NCBI RefSeq assembly: GCF_964204865.1
Contig: NC_135252.1
Span: 2,790,001-2,854,000 of the forward strand
Origin: Styela clava
Lineage: Eukaryota
Length of the DNA stretch: 64,000 bases
Reading direction: 5' to 3'
Position numbers and translations under genes: made by a program. Below are positions 62,601 to 64,000 of this stretch, piece by piece; the first letter of the stretch is position 1; every line of letters starts with the position of its first letter. The notes below the pieces were generated by a model. The model was not told the origin of the DNA. It was given only the letters and a program-made list of their open reading frames with translations, and did not search any database.

Positions 62601-63993
62601 ATTAATATATCAAAGATTTCTGTTACAAAAATGTTATAAAACCATTCAGGAAACATGGTTGTTCACTTATTGCGTGGGAAAGATATCACTGTGAATGGAG
62701 CCAGAGTTCGTCGTTTTCCTCGTAGATATGGTGCCTCGGATAAACCGATGTCAAAACTTCAGAAGTCGACAACGTCGGTTCTTATCATAGATAAAGCTGG
62801 GTTGTTCGTTGTCGTCAGTGCACCTGTTCTTGGATTGTCAGTGTTGTGGGATGGAGGTACATTAAATGCATATAGTTAATACCGAAATCCCTAAAATATA
62901 AATTCGAAATTGCAAAGACTACTTCAGTTTGGGTCTGCATTCAGGAAAACATAGTTCATTGAATATTTTAATATGTTATAGCAATGACAATCACGTTTAG
63001 TCATAACAAGTGATTGGTATTCAAGATTCCCAAATTATTCATAATTACTCGCATAATTGCCACTTTACCAGCGTATGAGCAAGTATACCATATTATATCA
63101 CTGACGAGAAGTTCGTGTATGTTCCTCGAATATATTCTCCATATAAATATTTGTTTTGTAATACAAATGACATGTATCGTACTTCTCAATTAAAGGAACC
63201 AGAGTATATGTTCAAGTATATCCTGAATACCGTGGAAAAACCTCAGGGTTATGTGGAAATTATAACTTAAGAACTGACGATGATTATACAACAAGACACG
63301 GATCTGTCGAGGCGTCCGTTTCGTTGTTTGCTGACACCTGGAGACTCGCTCAATCATGTCCAGAGACGCGGGATGCGACTGACCAAGATTTGATTGATCC
63401 ATGCAAGGTATTCAAATAAATAATAAGCTTGAACAATTACGGATATAAAGTGTATTTTCTAACTGCTTTGGCGTTTTTAAATAAGTTCACCCTTGTTTAT
63501 TAGTTACCGAGGAAACTAATTGTATTCAGAAACAGGTAATCATGTTATTATCAGTGTAATAATATAAATAATGATGTATTGGGGTACGAATTAAAATCGA
63601 TATCATCCTATGTAAAAACTGGAAGATTTTTGAGCAATGCCACACGTTTGATGGTGAAAATACACTGCCCGTTGGCAGTTTGACTTCCTGAATTTTGCTT
63701 CAATAACGCCTATGTTATGATTGAATACTTGCATTGTGTCTATTCTAGCATGTATGGAATGCCGCAAAATTGTTGAATGCGCGAATAGCTTTCATAACCA
63801 TTTTTTTAAACATACAATACAGGCCAATCCCCACAGAGAAGGTTGGGCTCGTCGGACCTGCAGTATTATAACAACAGGCTCCTTATTCGCAGCATGTCGC
63901 ATAGTGGTGGGTCATTCAACATATTACGACTGGTGCGTCAGAGATTCTTGTGCTTGTGATTCGGGTGGAGATTGCGAATGCTTATGCACTGCG
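38693..63993 (+). CDS. SSPO: SCO-spondin-like, 5' part (signal peptide, EMI domain, three VWD-C8-TIL assemblies), about 25 exons; continues beyond the window
   Basis: Exon 38693-38745 encodes signal peptide MQRVLLAVVLLIYFQQT. Exons 39588-39723 and 39983-40142 encode EMI-like RWC...REENSVPC...CFIYK...CCTGWTGPSC, like the recalled SSPO N-terminus. VWD motifs include HVVTFDG, GLCGTYN, ATGDPHYVTFDG, ENIPCGSTGVTCTKSV and GLCGNYN, with TIL and C8 cysteine patterns. Late exons: 47848-48070, 57789-57883, 59069-59180, 62146-62263, ~62650-62856, ~63196-63407, 63823-63993. Confidence 0.88.
39029..39111. repeat. Perfect 41-bp tandem duplication in SSPO intron 1
   Basis: TTCAATATTACGAAGCAATCTACTTAAGCAATCAAAGCATC occurs twice in tandem. 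Confidence 0.9.
40756..41026. mobile_element. HINE/DINE-1-like element, family 2, apparently complete
   Basis: Subterminal IR ACTTATCGATC / GATCGATAAGT, (GTCT)n microsatellite, 3' hairpin TCGAAAC...GTTTCGA, ends CTTG. Confidence 0.75.
46966..47150. mobile_element. Young 185-bp hAT MITE in an SSPO intron
   Basis: Perfect TIR CAGTGGTGGGATTCA / TGAATCCCACCACTG and perfect 8-bp TSD GCTTTATC. Confidence 0.95.
49502..50362 (-). CDS. Nested antisense gene, main coding exon: Lys-rich N-terminus followed by a Glu/Ala/Thr/Ser-rich disordered region (282 aa or more)
   Basis: 849-nt ORF in AT-rich intronic DNA with a non-repetitive but strongly biased protein. Acceptor TTTTATTCTACAG ends at 50363, 12 nt in frame upstream of the ATG at 50350. 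Candidate AATAAA on the minus strand near 48184-48189. Confidence 0.85.
   Translation of the reverse strand: MSIIMNFFKTKKYSLAGNGKSKSKAKKDKKKTEGVVAISETERYQVNRDDESQHKNGNAKKKKAQAPAAPVVAGAAAAAAEVPKQEEPAAEQVSEQPEPEKVPETKETLENVQEEVKTEETVTSEKEDEQKEDIKEEVETEEKLPDAPPPPQDKQEKEVASVAESDHTDTSDSQVTKELEDIANEQSQADATQSETKSSDEDKEDQVTQETESAEETAKETEVESVSEEATESQDKEKSQADDTQEKDSSQTEESASQPAEAQSEQKEETVETKQPDLKEEASLKM
56506..56514 (-). CDS. Candidate first coding exon (Met-Cys-Leu) of the nested gene
   Basis: The minus strand reads GAGGA ATG TGC TTG | GTAAGT, a consensus donor. Phase 0 joins in frame to ISIIMNFFK at 50362. Confidence 0.45.
58704..59017. repeat. Perfect 157-bp tandem duplication (2 copies) starting in a SINE-like tail
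   Basis: AAGACACCTTACC... at 58704 and 58861; the copies appear identical. Confidence 0.93.
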
Positions 63994-64000
63994 GTAAGTA

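Noticed and set aside
38693-63993. Mucin, VWF or hemolectin instead of SCO-spondin
   Set aside because: The N-terminal EMI-like and following CC-x-SW-C exons fit SSPO. The diagnostic LDLa and TSR repeats would lie beyond the window, so some uncertainty remains.

Overview
Eukaryotic, AT-rich, intron-dense DNA from an invertebrate animal. A chordate, probably a tunicate, is inferred from the SCO-spondin-like gene and compact introns, but this is not provable from the window. From left to right: (1) a 183/184-bp tandem array (1-2263) that looks like a satellite but parses as 12+ repeated 96-nt exons plus introns of a + strand gene ending near 2940; (2) a cluster of non-autonomous hAT-type transposons; (3) a D-cysteine desulfhydrase/ACC deaminase-like pseudogene with a full-length, decayed Ty3/gypsy element (10087-14370, TSD CCCTA) inserted in one exon, where the element has a Tf1-like self-priming signature instead of a tRNA primer site; (4) a 15-exon PHF21A/B (BHC80)-like gene; (5) a 5-exon testis-specific Ser/Thr kinase gene; (6) the 5' part (about 25 exons) of a SCO-spondin gene running off the right end, whose 9.7-kb intron hosts an antisense gene for an acidic disordered protein with a BASP1/GAP-43-like design. 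MITEs with 8-bp TSDs and Helentron/DINE-1-like elements occur in introns. Exon boundaries were read by eye and homologies are recalled from memory, not searched.
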